A stretch of 64,000 bases of DNA, from the NCBI GenBank assembly GCA_963706575.1, contig CAVPNL010000005.1, positions 160,001-224,000 of the forward strand, given 5' to 3'. A program made the position numbers and the translations under genes. The stretch's first letter is position 1; every line of letters starts with the position of its first letter. Origin of the DNA: an uncultured delta proteobacterium (lineage in GTDB: Bacteria; Desulfobacterota; Desulfobacteria; Desulfobacterales; JAHEIW01). Positions 50,658 through 61,274 of this stretch are shown here, one piece after another. The notes beneath the pieces were generated by a model. That model did no database searches and was not told where the DNA came from. It worked only from the letters and a program-made list of their open reading frames with translations.

Positions 50658-51668
50658 CTAATACCCCTCGTGGGCGGCTTCTACGATAGCTTTCAAGTTC
50701 TCCAATGGGGTCGACAGCGGAATTGCGCATTCCGGGCCGATGATGTTGATGCCGGCCTCAACGGCATAACGCACCTGCTGGTGAACATCTTCAGGAGTTC
50801 CCTGATAAAGCACCTGGGGGTTATTGACGTTTCCTACCAACGATACCTGTTGCCCGATTTTTTCCACTGCCATTTTGGCATCGACCTGCCATTCCATATG
50901 ATAGGCATCCACACCGGATTGGGCGAAATATTCCAAGCGGTCGGAGCAGTCGCCGCACACATGCAGGATCAACGGGCCTTCAATTTGGGCAGTAACTTCC
51001 TGATGGATCGGAAGCAAAAGTTCCTTGTAATGATAGGGACCCACCAGGTTCCCGGTGACATGGTCTGCCATAACGACGATATCGGCCCCCGCCTGGAATT
51101 GAGCCTGCGCAAAGGCAATGGTTACCGGCATCAACTGTCTTAGCAGTTTTGTCACTTTTTCGGTTTCTCCCATGCCGATTTGGAGCAGAAAATTCTGAGT
51201 GCCGGCCATGTGATAGGACAGCGTCCAGGGGCCCATCACTTTGCCGACTATGGCTACTTTTCCACCCACCTGGCGCCGCAGAATCGACAACGCTTCCAGG
51301 ACAACCTTCATGGATGGTTTTTCCAGAAGGTGATCCGGCACCACCACATCTGAAAAATCTTCATAAGGAAAATTTTTATTGTCCGGCATGCGGTCCCGAT
51401 TCCCCCAGTCCACCATGCATCCTAAAGCCGCGCCTTCCTGCTGCACACTGTATTCCGGCATGACGGTATCAAAGCCCAAAATCTCATGGCCGGCCAGGGC
51501 CAAATCGGCCATGGCATTGGCATCCAGATGCGCATCCGGAAATGAAACTCCGGCGGCATCCATGAGACCATGACAAACAATGGAGGTGGGATTTCCCACC
51601 GGTGGCCGTTCGCCTTTGCGACCGTTGAACATGGCCGACATCACCAGGTTGTAAGAAGATGATTTCAT
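50658..51668 (-). CDS. MtaA/CmuA family Zn methyltransferase (URO-D fold)
   Basis: PDAHLDANAMA, GPWTL, LHVCGD (HxC), GNVN, GPECAI. Confidence 0.9.
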   Translation of the reverse strand: MKSSSYNLVMSAMFNGRKGERPPVGNPTSIVCHGLMDAAGVSFPDAHLDANAMADLALAGHEILGFDTVMPEYSVQQEGAALGCMVDWGNRDRMPDNKNFPYEDFSDVVVPDHLLEKPSMKVVLEALSILRRQVGGKVAIVGKVMGPWTLSYHMAGTQNFLLQIGMGETEKVTKLLRQLMPVTIAFAQAQFQAGADIVVMADHVTGNLVGPYHYKELLLPIHQEVTAQIEGPLILHVCGDCSDRLEYFAQSGVDAYHMEWQVDAKMAVEKIGQQVSLVGNVNNPQVLYQGTPEDVHQQVRYAVEAGINIIGPECAIPLSTPLENLKAIVEAAHEGY

Positions 51669-51691
51669 GTTTAGAACCTCCAATTCAAAAA

Positions 51692-51832
51692 TCAGGTGTC
51701 AGGTGTCGGGTGTCAGGTTTCAGAAAACAAAGGTCAGACGACAGACGGCAGATAAAAAAAATTGAAGATGAAGCACCCGATCTGTCCCCTGTCATCTTTT
51801 TACTGACACCCGACACCTGACACCTGAAACCT
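51692..51832. repeat. Heptamer hairpin (CAGGTGT)n..(ACACCTG)n
   Basis: TCAGGTGTCAGGTGTCGGGTGTCAG..CTGACACCCGACACCTGACACCTGA. Confidence 0.8.
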
Positions 51833-51889
51833 TACATCACCGCCCCGATATGCCACGGCACGAACTCGTAATCGCCAAAGCCTAAATTT

Positions 51890-52765
51890 TCATTCCAGTC
51901 CCGACTGTTCCCGAATGCTGCGGCCGATGGCAGAGACATCATCGTCACCATAGCCTCTGGCGATCAGGCCGTTTTCGATTTGGGCCACCAGTGCCGTGGC
52001 AGGCAGTGTGACTTCTAGCTCACGGGCGGTGTCCAGAGCAATCCGCAGATCCTTATGGTGCAACCTGACCCGGAAACCAAGCGGGTAAGTGTTGTTGACC
52101 ACATTGATGCCCCTGTTGTGTAAAACCCATGAGCTGGCGGCTCCGCCGCTGATGGCCTGGATCACTTTTTCCATATCCAGGCCGGCTTTCATGCCCAGGG
52201 TTAAACCTTCGGCCACGGTAAGATAGGTGCCGGAAATGAGAATCTGGTTGATCGCTTTGGTAATTTGACCGGCGCCGATGGGTCCCACATGGGTGACGGT
52301 TTTTCCCATGATCTCCAATATGGGCAGTGCTTTTTCGAAATCGGCGGCATCTCCGCCGACCATAATGGCCAGGGTTCCCTGCTGTGCCCCTTCCGGCCCG
52401 CCGGAAACCGGTGCATCCAGCATTTTTATGCCTTTTTTGCTCAGTTCTTCCGCCATTTGACGGGTGGCTGTCGGGCTGATAGTGGACATGTCGATGACAA
52501 TTGCGCCTTGCGGAGCGCCTTGGATGACGCCGTTTGCACCCAGAACCACCGCCTCAACATCCGGTGTATCGCTGACCATGGTGACAATTATCTCGGCGCC
52601 CTCTGCGGCTTCCTTGGGCGATTGCGCCCGCTTGGCGCCTTCTTTGGCAACGGCTTCTTCCTTTTGCCGGGTGCGGTTATGAACGGTGACTTCGTGACCG
52701 GCTTTGAGAAGATTGAGGGACATGCCGATTCCCATGGTACCCAGACCGATAAATGCAATTTTCAT
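51890..52765 (-). CDS. Beta-hydroxyacid dehydrogenase (GarR/MmsB family)
   Basis: FIGLGTMG, DMSTISP, DAPVSGG, KAINQ, KDL. Confidence 0.92.
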   Translation of the reverse strand: MKIAFIGLGTMGIGMSLNLLKAGHEVTVHNRTRQKEEAVAKEGAKRAQSPKEAAEGAEIIVTMVSDTPDVEAVVLGANGVIQGAPQGAIVIDMSTISPTATRQMAEELSKKGIKMLDAPVSGGPEGAQQGTLAIMVGGDAADFEKALPILEIMGKTVTHVGPIGAGQITKAINQILISGTYLTVAEGLTLGMKAGLDMEKVIQAISGGAASSWVLHNRGINVVNNTYPLGFRVRLHHKDLRIALDTARELEVTLPATALVAQIENGLIARGYGDDDVSAIGRSIREQSGLE

Positions 52766-52841
52766 GTTTGTCCTCCCTTGTGCGTAGGTATTATAAATCA
52801 ATTGTAGAGATAGTTTGGTAGTGATTTAGCTTAAACATTAT

Positions 52842-53139
52842 AGGTTCAGGGTTCAGGGTTCAAAGGTTCCGGTTTGCAGATTATACAGATCACCAGAAGA
52901 TTGCTTTGAGCCCTATTTTTGACTTGTCATTTTCCGGCCTGAGTTGTCCTCCAGGGGCTCTGACTTGTCGTTTTCCGGCTTAATCCGGCAGGTCCATAAA
53001 GGCTGTAGGGCTGGCCTCTGTGCCAGCCATCAAAAGGCAGCCGCAGAGGGCTGCCCTACGCTCCGGTTTTTAGCTGATCTCTGACCTCTGTCTTCTGTTA
53101 TCTAACTTCTGAACCCTTGAACCCTGAACCTTTGAACCT
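52842..53139. repeat. Nested repeat: (GGTTCAG)n hairpin enclosing a 19-bp direct repeat and a GTAG REP doublet (53005..53059)
   Basis: AGGTTCAGGGTTCAGGGTTCAAAGGTTC..GAACCCTTGAACCCTGAACCTTTGAACCT; TGACTTGTCRTTTTCCGGC x2; GTAGGGCTGGCCTCTG..CAGAGGGCTGCCCTAC. Confidence 0.75.
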
Positions 53140-53144
53140 GACAC

Positions 53145-54525
53145 CTACAAAAAGATTTTCCCCGGATTGAGCAGGCCTTTGGGGTCAATCAGGTCTTTGA
53201 TCTGACGCATGAGATGATAACTCTGACCGTGCTCCAGTTCCATATATTTCCGTTTTCCGATACCAATACCATGTTCGCCGGTACATGTGCCGCCAAGCTC
53301 TACCGCACGGGTCACAATCTGATCGTTGATTTTTTCCAATGTTGACCATTCTTTTTCATTGTCGGGGTCGCCCACCAGAACCACATGCAGATTCCCATCT
53401 CCGGCATGTCCAAAGACATAACCGGATGCCTTGTTATCGTCTACCAGTTTCTGCGAAAAAACGATCATTTCAGGGTAGCGGGAAATGGGAACCGCTGCAT
53501 CCACAATGAGGGTTTCATTGCCCGGATGGGCGCGGTGAATGGTTTCCCAGGCTTCGTGGCGGGCGCGCCAGAGTTCGATTCGTTCACTGGCTTCCACGCC
53601 GAATCTAAAACCGGTCGCACCGCAATCTTCACATAGTTCTTTAACGAGATCGGCGGTTTCCTGCAGGGTGGCTTTGCTGATGCCGTGAAATTCACAGAAA
53701 AGGGATGGTACTTCCGGCAGCCCCAGATCTTTTTCACGGTTCATCAGGTTGATGAGTTCCGGTGTCAGTAATTCAAGCGCCGCGGGTTCCAATCCGGAAC
53801 CGATCATCAAGGACACGGTCTGAGAGGCTTCATCCAGTTCGTTAAATGTTATCGTAATTGCCAGATGGTGGGTGGGAATACCGGTGAGCCGAAGCGTGGC
53901 TTCGGTCACCACCCCCAGGGTGCCTTCAGATCCGACAAACAGCCGGGACAAATCATAACCGGAAGAGGATTTATGCGCTTTGCAGCCCGTATGGATAATG
54001 TTGCCCTGGGGTAACACAACCGTGAGTTTCATGACATAATCTTTGGTCGCTCCGTATTTGACGGTTTGCACCCCCGATGCATTATTGGCGATCATTCCGC
54101 CGATGGACGCATCGGCACCGGGGTCGGGCGGAAAAAACAAACCCTGCTTTCCGGCCTGGCGGTTCAACTCCTTTCGCAGCACGCCGGGCTGGACATCGGC
54201 CTGAAGATCCTGGGGCCGGATTTCCAGAATTTTATCCATCTGCGTCATGTCCATTACCAATCCGCCCCGGGTGGGTACAGGGTTTCCCTCTGTACTGGTT
54301 CCGGCGCCCCACGGTGTGACCGGCACTTCCTGTTCATATGCCCAGGTCAAAATGCGGGATACTTCTTCGGTGGTATGCGGCCAGATAATTCCGGCGGGCA
54401 GGACACCCTGGTGTGCCGAAATATCATGCAGATGCAGTTCACGATTGGACTGGCCGGTTGAAAACCGCTGCGGATCCACACAGGCCGATAAAGCCGAAAT
54501 TTGGTCCTTGTGTAAATTCCTTCAT
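53145..54525 (-). CDS. FAD-linked D-2-hydroxyacid dehydrogenase (Dld/GlcD family); probable frameshift just after ATG 54525
   Basis: PWGAGTS, FPPDPGA, GSEGTLG, GHAGDGNLH, TGEHGIG, LNPGK. Confidence 0.9.
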
Positions 54526-54645
54526 AATTCAATTCTCCCGGGATTTTTATCTCTGATCAGGCCGACAGGTGCCGAAAAGTATAGGAAATGGTTGAGAATC
54601 TTCACGTGTATATTAGCAAAATGGGCAAGGATCAATAAAAAATAT

Positions 54646-55998
54646 TCAACCGCCTCGCTGCGGCCCATTCTGTCTTTTTCGGCACAGGTAATCAAAAAGG
54701 TTCAGATTTTGGCAAAGTTCGGCCCTATAAACCGGTATCGTGTAGGGGCCATCCGGGATGACGGCAACCTGTTTGTCATTCTGAAGCCGCACACAGGATT
54801 GCAGGGTCTCGGATAAAGATGTCACCTGCCGCACACCGGTAATCGATTGCTGACTATCCGACAGCATTTTACTATAGAGGTGAATTGAGCCGAGACGCAT
54901 GGGCTTAATCTGCATTTCAGTCTCCCATTCATCAATTTCGGCGATCTGCTTGGAATTTAAATGCTTCAAAAATTTTTCAGGTCCCATCTGCTGCAACTGT
55001 TTCTGCGCCTGAATATACTCTTTTGAGCCGATGCCTTCGGAACACTCGGATACAATTACCAGATTGCCGCCTGGCTTCAGGATGTCCATGGCACCCACCA
55101 TGCCTTTAACGGTCTGGTAATAGTTTTTATCCAGCGGATAACCACCGCCGCTGGTGATAATTGTGGCGAATTTTTGCGCCACCGGAATTTCGACAAATGG
55201 TTTAAGAAATTTTACCGCCTCCAGGTGACTTTTTTCGATTTCGCCATAGTTGATAAAGGCCATGCGGCGCTGCTCATCGATAACGGTGTTTATGGCCATT
55301 GTCTTCGGAAGTTTTTGCACAATTTCCAGCTGGATTTTGTGAAGAGGATTGCCTTCGAGCACACAGTTGGCTGCTTGCGGATCTTCAAGATAGCGCGCGG
55401 TGTGGAACCGACGAATGGTATCCTGATGGGCAATACCGGGCATAATCACTTTGCGGCCACCGGAAAATCCTGCCATAAAATGAGGTTCCACCAGGCCGGT
55501 GACGATTTTTAGATCGGCGTCGACAAAACGGCGGTCCAGGCGAATCGGTAAACCATCTGTGGTCTTTCCGAGGTCGGTATGGTCTTCGGCGTTTCGTGCG
55601 TAATGGTTCTCCACTTTTACGGTATCCAGCACCCAGGAATCACCGACCAGTTCTACAAGCTCAGCGCCTTGATTCGGGCGGTGAAGGCCCGTGGCAACCA
55701 GGATGGTAATGGCATTTGGTTGAATACCGTCTTCAATTAAGCGGCGGAGCAAAACCGGCAAAATGGTTCCATTCGGCACGGGTCGCGTTATATCGCATAT
55801 TAATATACAGACGGTCGAAGCATTTTGGGCTGATTCCGCCAAGGGTGGTGCGCCGACAGGGTTGCTTAGCGCCTGCTGTAGAGACTGCTGCGGATTTTCA
55901 AGCAGGGGCATGTCTTTTTTTTCAATCCGCACAATGGACCAGTCGTCCGGGAATTCGATATCCAATCCAGTTTTGCCGTATTTCATCTTAATCTGCAT
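54646..55998 (-). CDS. larA: Nickel-pincer-dependent lactate/hydroxyacid racemase, LarA family
   Basis: CDITRP, ATGLHR, EPHFMAGFSGGRK, YPLDKNYYQTVKG. Confidence 0.88.
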   Translation of the reverse strand: MQIKMKYGKTGLDIEFPDDWSIVRIEKKDMPLLENPQQSLQQALSNPVGAPPLAESAQNASTVCILICDITRPVPNGTILPVLLRRLIEDGIQPNAITILVATGLHRPNQGAELVELVGDSWVLDTVKVENHYARNAEDHTDLGKTTDGLPIRLDRRFVDADLKIVTGLVEPHFMAGFSGGRKVIMPGIAHQDTIRRFHTARYLEDPQAANCVLEGNPLHKIQLEIVQKLPKTMAINTVIDEQRRMAFINYGEIEKSHLEAVKFLKPFVEIPVAQKFATIITSGGGYPLDKNYYQTVKGMVGAMDILKPGGNLVIVSECSEGIGSKEYIQAQKQLQQMGPEKFLKHLNSKQIAEIDEWETEMQIKPMRLGSIHLYSKMLSDSQQSITGVRQVTSLSETLQSCVRLQNDKQVAVIPDGPYTIPVYRAELCQNLNLFDYLCRKRQNGPQRGG

Positions 55999-56193
55999 AC
56001 CAATCCTCCTGTTCACAATGTGCGCATATTTTGCAAGCAGCGACTTGACGAGCGTAATTGCTTCACCCCGTCCCGGGCGCAACTGTCGGCCCGATGTTAG
56101 TGGCAAACTTCTGATAAAAGAGTGCGCCGAGTCCCCATACAGACCAGGCCAGACGGAAGCGGAGGTGCATTTCTGTGCATCGGGGTTACCTGC

Positions 56194-56862
56194 TTAAGAT
56201 AAAATGAGAACAATCAGTTCCTTCGGCCCGTGCACCCCGAAGGCAAGGATCAGTTCAATATCTGCTGTTTTGGAGGGGCCGGAAATTAGAACGGCATTCG
56301 TCGGCATTTTTTCCGGCCAATTTTGCGTCTGCATGGCCTCACCAAATGTGTTAAATATTTTATCCGCATCTAGTACGGCGATATGAACCGGCGGGACCAG
56401 AGACATTGAGCGCGGCTCTTTTTTATCCGGCCAGAGAATAACCGCGCCGGTTTCGGCAATTCCGCCCAGCGTTGAGGTGATGGCGGCATCCGTATGAAAT
56501 AACCGATCTTTAAAATTTTCGATATGACCCAAGTAGGTGACCAGTTCCGGCAGTCCGTCATTTTCATCTTCAGCCGGCCAATGTTTTTGAAGTGTATCAC
56601 CGACGATTGTTTGCGGTGCGTATAGCAGCGTTTTTATGTCACGCTTTTTCAGGATGCCTTTTAAGGGTTCGATCCAATTTTGGGCCTCGACAACATGGAC
56701 CTCTGTACGAACCGCTTCCATAAAGCCTTTTAGTTTATCAATCTTTTCATCACGGCCAAGTTTTTCAAAAGGCAAACCGGATGCCAACGATTCAGGCGAT
56801 GAGACCTGTTTGCCGGCGCCGTGCAATCGGCTCAATATTCGATCCCGTGAGCGGTTACTCAT
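56194..56862 (-). CDS. lutC: Lactate utilization protein C (LUD domain)
   Basis: IAETG, SLVPPVHIA, ISGPSKTADIE..GVHGP. Confidence 0.93.
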   Translation of the reverse strand: MSNRSRDRILSRLHGAGKQVSSPESLASGLPFEKLGRDEKIDKLKGFMEAVRTEVHVVEAQNWIEPLKGILKKRDIKTLLYAPQTIVGDTLQKHWPAEDENDGLPELVTYLGHIENFKDRLFHTDAAITSTLGGIAETGAVILWPDKKEPRSMSLVPPVHIAVLDADKIFNTFGEAMQTQNWPEKMPTNAVLISGPSKTADIELILAFGVHGPKELIVLILS

Positions 56863-58285
56863 TTTCTACTCCCTGTTCTTCGACAAGTTGATGCAAACTT
56901 TTTTTAGCAAATCTCGGAATGGTTCGGTACCGCTTCCACTGCTTTAAGGGGCCCAGTGGCGGGATTTTGGAACCCACAACGCCCATTATTTTACGGCCGA
57001 TGGCATTGAGCCGCGGACGGGTATTGATCACTTCCCACCCTTTCCAGGCCAGCGAATCGGTCAGATTTTGCTGGCAGCCGCATTCTTTTACCGTGCAGGA
57101 TGGTTCGCTGGAATAGCTTTCGTTTCTCAAGCGGCGCAGTAACTGTGGAATGGGTATTTTTACCGGGCAGACCTCGGCACAGGCCTCACACAGGCTGGAT
57201 GCCGTCGCCAAAATACCGGCTTTTTTTAATCCTTCAACCTGGGGATTTAAGATTTTTCCGATAGGACCCGGATAAACAAAACCGTAGGCGTGGCCGCCGA
57301 TGCGAGTATAAACCGGGCAATGGTTTAAGCAGGTGCCACAGCGAATGCACTGCAATGTCTGCCGCAGTTCCGGGTCAGCCAGGATTTCAGAGCGGCCATT
57401 GTCTAAAAAAATCAGATGGACTTCTTGCGGTCCATCTTTTTCACCGTTTTTGCGAGGAGAGGTGATCATATTGACATAGGTGGTGATCAACTGCCCGGTG
57501 GCCGAACCGGTCAGCAAACGCAGCAATGGCGGGACGTCCGCCAATTTTTCGACCACTTTTTCCAGGCCCATTACGGCGATATGCACCGGCGGCACCGTGG
57601 TGCACATGCGGCCGTTGCCTTCATTTTCAACCAGGCAGAGCGTGCCGGTTTCCGCGACTGCGATATTGACGCCGCTCAGACCGACCTGGGCGTCAAAAAA
57701 TTTCTGGCGCAGTGTTTTTCGAGCAATGGCATTGAGCGCTTCAACATCCTCGGTATAGGGTGTATCGGGAATCTTTTTATGGAAGATTTGGGCAATCTGT
57801 TTTTTATTTTTGTGGATCGCCGGTACGATGATATGAGAGGGCTTTTCGTTATTTAACTGGATAATGAATTCGCCCAGATCCGTTTCAGTGGCTTCGATCC
57901 CGTTTTGATCTAAAAATTCATTCAGCCCCATTTCCTCCGAGACCATGGATTTGCCTTTGACCAACCGGATGGCCCTGTGCGCTTTCATGACCCGCAATAC
58001 ATGCTGATTGGCCTCGGCGGTGGTCTCGGCCCAATGGACCTGGATACCATTCCGGGTGCATTTTTCCTCCAGCTGTTCCAGCAGGCGCGCCAGTTTGCTC
58101 AGGGCCCGCTTTTTGATGGCATTCCCTGACTCTCTAAGGCGCTCGGTTTCGTTTTTATCGGAGAATATCTGCTGGCGCTTCTGAATAAAATTTCCCATGG
58201 CAAACTTGAAATTTTTGCGCAGCTGTTTGTCTTTTAGCGCCTGCGAGACGTTTCGGGTAAAATCAAATTCGATATTATTTGCCAT
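56855..58285 (-). CDS. lutB: Lactate utilization Fe-S protein B
   Basis: KGKSMVSEE, ETDLGE, SHIIVPAIH, ENEGNGR, CIRCGTCLNHCP, CEACAEVCP. Confidence 0.95.
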   Translation of the reverse strand: MANNIEFDFTRNVSQALKDKQLRKNFKFAMGNFIQKRQQIFSDKNETERLRESGNAIKKRALSKLARLLEQLEEKCTRNGIQVHWAETTAEANQHVLRVMKAHRAIRLVKGKSMVSEEMGLNEFLDQNGIEATETDLGEFIIQLNNEKPSHIIVPAIHKNKKQIAQIFHKKIPDTPYTEDVEALNAIARKTLRQKFFDAQVGLSGVNIAVAETGTLCLVENEGNGRMCTTVPPVHIAVMGLEKVVEKLADVPPLLRLLTGSATGQLITTYVNMITSPRKNGEKDGPQEVHLIFLDNGRSEILADPELRQTLQCIRCGTCLNHCPVYTRIGGHAYGFVYPGPIGKILNPQVEGLKKAGILATASSLCEACAEVCPVKIPIPQLLRRLRNESYSSEPSCTVKECGCQQNLTDSLAWKGWEVINTRPRLNAIGRKIMGVVGSKIPPLGPLKQWKRYRTIPRFAKKSLHQLVEEQGVENE

Positions 58286-59028
58286 TGATCCGCTCCCAGA
58301 TAAATTCAGCCAGATGCTGTCCTTTTATGGGTGAGTTTTGAAATTTCATAGCGCCATCGATATTCATCAGACACCCGCAATCACCGGCCAATAAACGCGC
58401 AGCACCGGTCTGGCGAATATCTTCAACTTTATCGGCGACCATGGCGCCGGAAATATCCGCGTTGCTTGACCGCAAAGGTCCCGCCGAAACCGCAGCATTC
58501 ACTTTCATTTTGCAGCTCAACCAGCTCAACGTTTTTCAATTGCCGGATCAGTGATTTGGAGTCCTCGATAACCCCCATTTCCCGCAGCGCATGACAGGAG
58601 GAATGCCAGGTGACTTTAACCGGCCGGCCGCGGTCCTTAAGCTTTATTTTTAGCACCTGCACTAAAAATTCGGAAAGCTCAACGATCCGGTTTGAAAATC
58701 GCTTGACCGCATCTAAATTCGAATCTTGGGCAAACAGGTATGGATAGTGATGCTTCATCATCCCGGCACACGATCCCGATGGGACGACAATCGGGTAGTC
58801 CTCCGTAAACAGCTGGATTTGCTGCAGGGCGACCTTCCTGGCCTCTTTGGGGAATCCGGAATTATAGGCGGGCTGACCGCAACAGGTTTGTTCCGGAGGG
58901 AAAATTACCCGGATGCCTTCACGCCGGATAAGGTTGAGTCCGGCCATGCCGGCTTCAGGATAAAACATGTCGATCAGGCAGGTACCAAAATAGTAAACGC
59001 TGTCCGGTTTTTGAGAATATTCACCCAT
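58275..59028 (-). CDS. lutA: Lactate utilization protein A (CCG domains); frameshift near 58460
   Basis: TCLID, QTCCGQPAYNSG, SGSCAGM, HSSCH, CCGFGGTFAVK; next frame ISGAM..DCGCLMNI. Confidence 0.92.
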
Positions 59029-59273
59029 GGTTTTCTGACCCTCTTTAGGGGTTGTACAACTTCGATACGAAGGTTGATCTGCGCCAGCGCAATTTGAATA
59101 TGACGTTTTAACCTTATTTGCGGTCTTTAATCAAGACCAGAATGCGGTGCAGATTGGATCTGCTGAGGCCAGACGGATTACCCAGCGATTTTATATTCGG
59201 GTTTTCATATTATGCAAAATATCTTAACGGAGGAAATTTGCTGTTTGACGCGGCGACGGTTTTGACCTATATC

Positions 59274-59467
59274 TAGAACCCATCTCAAAAATGTCTTTTG
59301 GCCCCATATCTTTGTTGGTGCCTCGCTTTAAATCCTCGACATACAACAGTATGCCTCCGGTTTACGACCCACAAAGAGGATTTAATCAGGCGGGAAGTCC
59401 AGCAACGCTGGAAAGCTCGGCCCCGTCGCAATCTTGAACCAAAATCCTATTTTTGAGATGGGTTCTA
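59274..59467. mobile_element. MITE-like element with perfect 19-bp TIR
   Basis: TAGAACCCATCTCAAAAAT..ATTTTTGAGATGGGTTCTA; internal CATACAACAGTATG. Confidence 0.78.
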
Positions 59468-59561
59468 AATAGCCGGGCACAATTCTTTTTAAAATGTTAT
59501 TTATTTCAAGTCAGACTGTATTTTTAGAGCGGGTTCGTTTTCAGAATAATAGGAGGTGAAG

Positions 59562-61082
59562 ATGAATCTCGGTTTGCTTTTTTCCCACCATGCCCGATAT
59601 CGTCCCGATCATCTGGCTGTCGTATTCGAAGATCAACGCCTCACGTGGTCTGAATTTAACAGACAGATCAATCGTCTGGCAAATGCATTGGTCAACTTAG
59701 GCATTCAAAAAGGAGATAAAGTCGCCACAATTCTTCCGAACTGCCTTGAGTTGCTTGAAATTTACTGGGCCATCGCCCAAATAGGGGCCGTTGTCGTGCC
59801 GGCAAGTACGCTGCTTCTAGAGCAGGCCATGAAAACATTGCTGCAGGATTCAGATTCAGTCTTGCTCATTACCAATTCTCAGTTTGTCGATAAGATCGAC
59901 GCCATCAAACCTGAACTGCCGGCAATTGCTGAGGATCGTTATATTCTGACCGACGGTGCAAACCACGCCGGGTATCTGGATTATCATGCACTGAAGTCAG
60001 CCGCGAGTGATGAGGAGCCAAAGGGCATTGTGGTCAACCCGGATGATGTGTTTAATATCATGTACAGCAGCGGCACCACCGGTCTGCCCAAGGGAATTGT
60101 GCATACCCATTATATTCGCTGTATGTATGCCAACTCATTTGCGGCGGCTTTTCGAATGACGCCCGAAAGTGTGACCATGCATGCCGGGGCGATTGTATTC
60201 AATGGCGCATTTGTTGATTTGATGCCAACGATGTTTCTCGGGGCGACTTATATCCTATTGAGCCAATTTGATCCTGTCAGCTATATCGAAACCGTTGAGC
60301 GCGAAAAGGTCACCCATATCATGGTGGTCCCCGCTCAGATCATTGCAATGCTGAATGCCCCCAATTTTTCATCCAGGGCATTGGAATCGCTGGAGATGAT
60401 CCTTTCATTGGGCGCTCCCTTGCTCAAGCAGCATAAAGCTGAGCTGAACAAACGGTTGCCCGGTAGATTCTATGAACTTTATGGCCTGACCGAGGGCTTT
60501 GTAACCATTCTCGACAAAGAAGATTATGCTGCCAAACCGGATTCAGTGGGCGTACCGCCGCCTTTCTTTGAGATGCGGATATTGGATGAAAGCGGCAAAG
60601 ATCTTCCTCCTGGCGAAGTGGGAGAGATCTGCGGCCGAGGTCCGATTTTGATGCCAAGTTACTACAAACGGCCCGATCTGACCGCCGAGGCCATTCAAGA
60701 CGGCTGGCTGCATTCGGGGGACATGGGCTATGTCGACGACGATGGCTTTTTATATCTGGTAGACCGCAAAAAGGATATGATTATTTCCGGCGGCGTCAAC
60801 GTTTATCCCAGGGACATTGAAGAGATCGTTGCCCGGCATCCGGCCGTGCAGGATGTTGCGGTCTTTGGCATCCCCCACGATAAATGGGGAGAGACACCCC
60901 TGGCGGTTGTAACATTGCTGCAGCCAGGCAGTATTGCCTCAGAAGAACTTAAAAACTGGATCAACCAGCACGTTGCGGCCAAATTTCAGAGGGTTCATGA
61001 TGTGGTCATTGTGGAAGAGTTTCCCCGCAATGTAGCCGGCAAAATTCTCAAGCGTGTTATGCGTGAAGATTATCGTACATGA
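59562..61082 (+). CDS. Class I adenylate-forming enzyme (acyl-CoA ligase)
   Basis: YSSGTTGLPKG, YGLTE, SGD, DRKKDMIISGG, NVAGKI. Confidence 0.92.
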   Translation: MNLGLLFSHHARYRPDHLAVVFEDQRLTWSEFNRQINRLANALVNLGIQKGDKVATILPNCLELLEIYWAIAQIGAVVVPASTLLLEQAMKTLLQDSDSVLLITNSQFVDKIDAIKPELPAIAEDRYILTDGANHAGYLDYHALKSAASDEEPKGIVVNPDDVFNIMYSSGTTGLPKGIVHTHYIRCMYANSFAAAFRMTPESVTMHAGAIVFNGAFVDLMPTMFLGATYILLSQFDPVSYIETVEREKVTHIMVVPAQIIAMLNAPNFSSRALESLEMILSLGAPLLKQHKAELNKRLPGRFYELYGLTEGFVTILDKEDYAAKPDSVGVPPPFFEMRILDESGKDLPPGEVGEICGRGPILMPSYYKRPDLTAEAIQDGWLHSGDMGYVDDDGFLYLVDRKKDMIISGGVNVYPRDIEEIVARHPAVQDVAVFGIPHDKWGETPLAVVTLLQPGSIASEELKNWINQHVAAKFQRVHDVVIVEEFPRNVAGKILKRVMREDYRT

Positions 61083-61274
61083 GATAACCCGGGGCATTTA
61101 GCGCCTGTTGTTTTTCGATTGATACTCGACAAATCGAAACTTCTTATTCTTACCGTTGTCTTCTCATCGATTTGACATTTCGCAAAAAAGTCAACACCTT
61201 GAAAATACTTGTACCAACGTTTGCGGTAGCGTAATATAGCAACTTTGCCTAAGGTTCATATACAAGGAGGCACA

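Noticed and set aside
51692..53139. Possible CRISPR array in the repeat-rich intergenic regions
   Set aside because: Repeats are short tandem or inverted units without unique regular spacers; no cas genes.
56010..56190. Structured ncRNA between lutC and larA
   Set aside because: GC-rich, but I could not support any motif or convincing fold.
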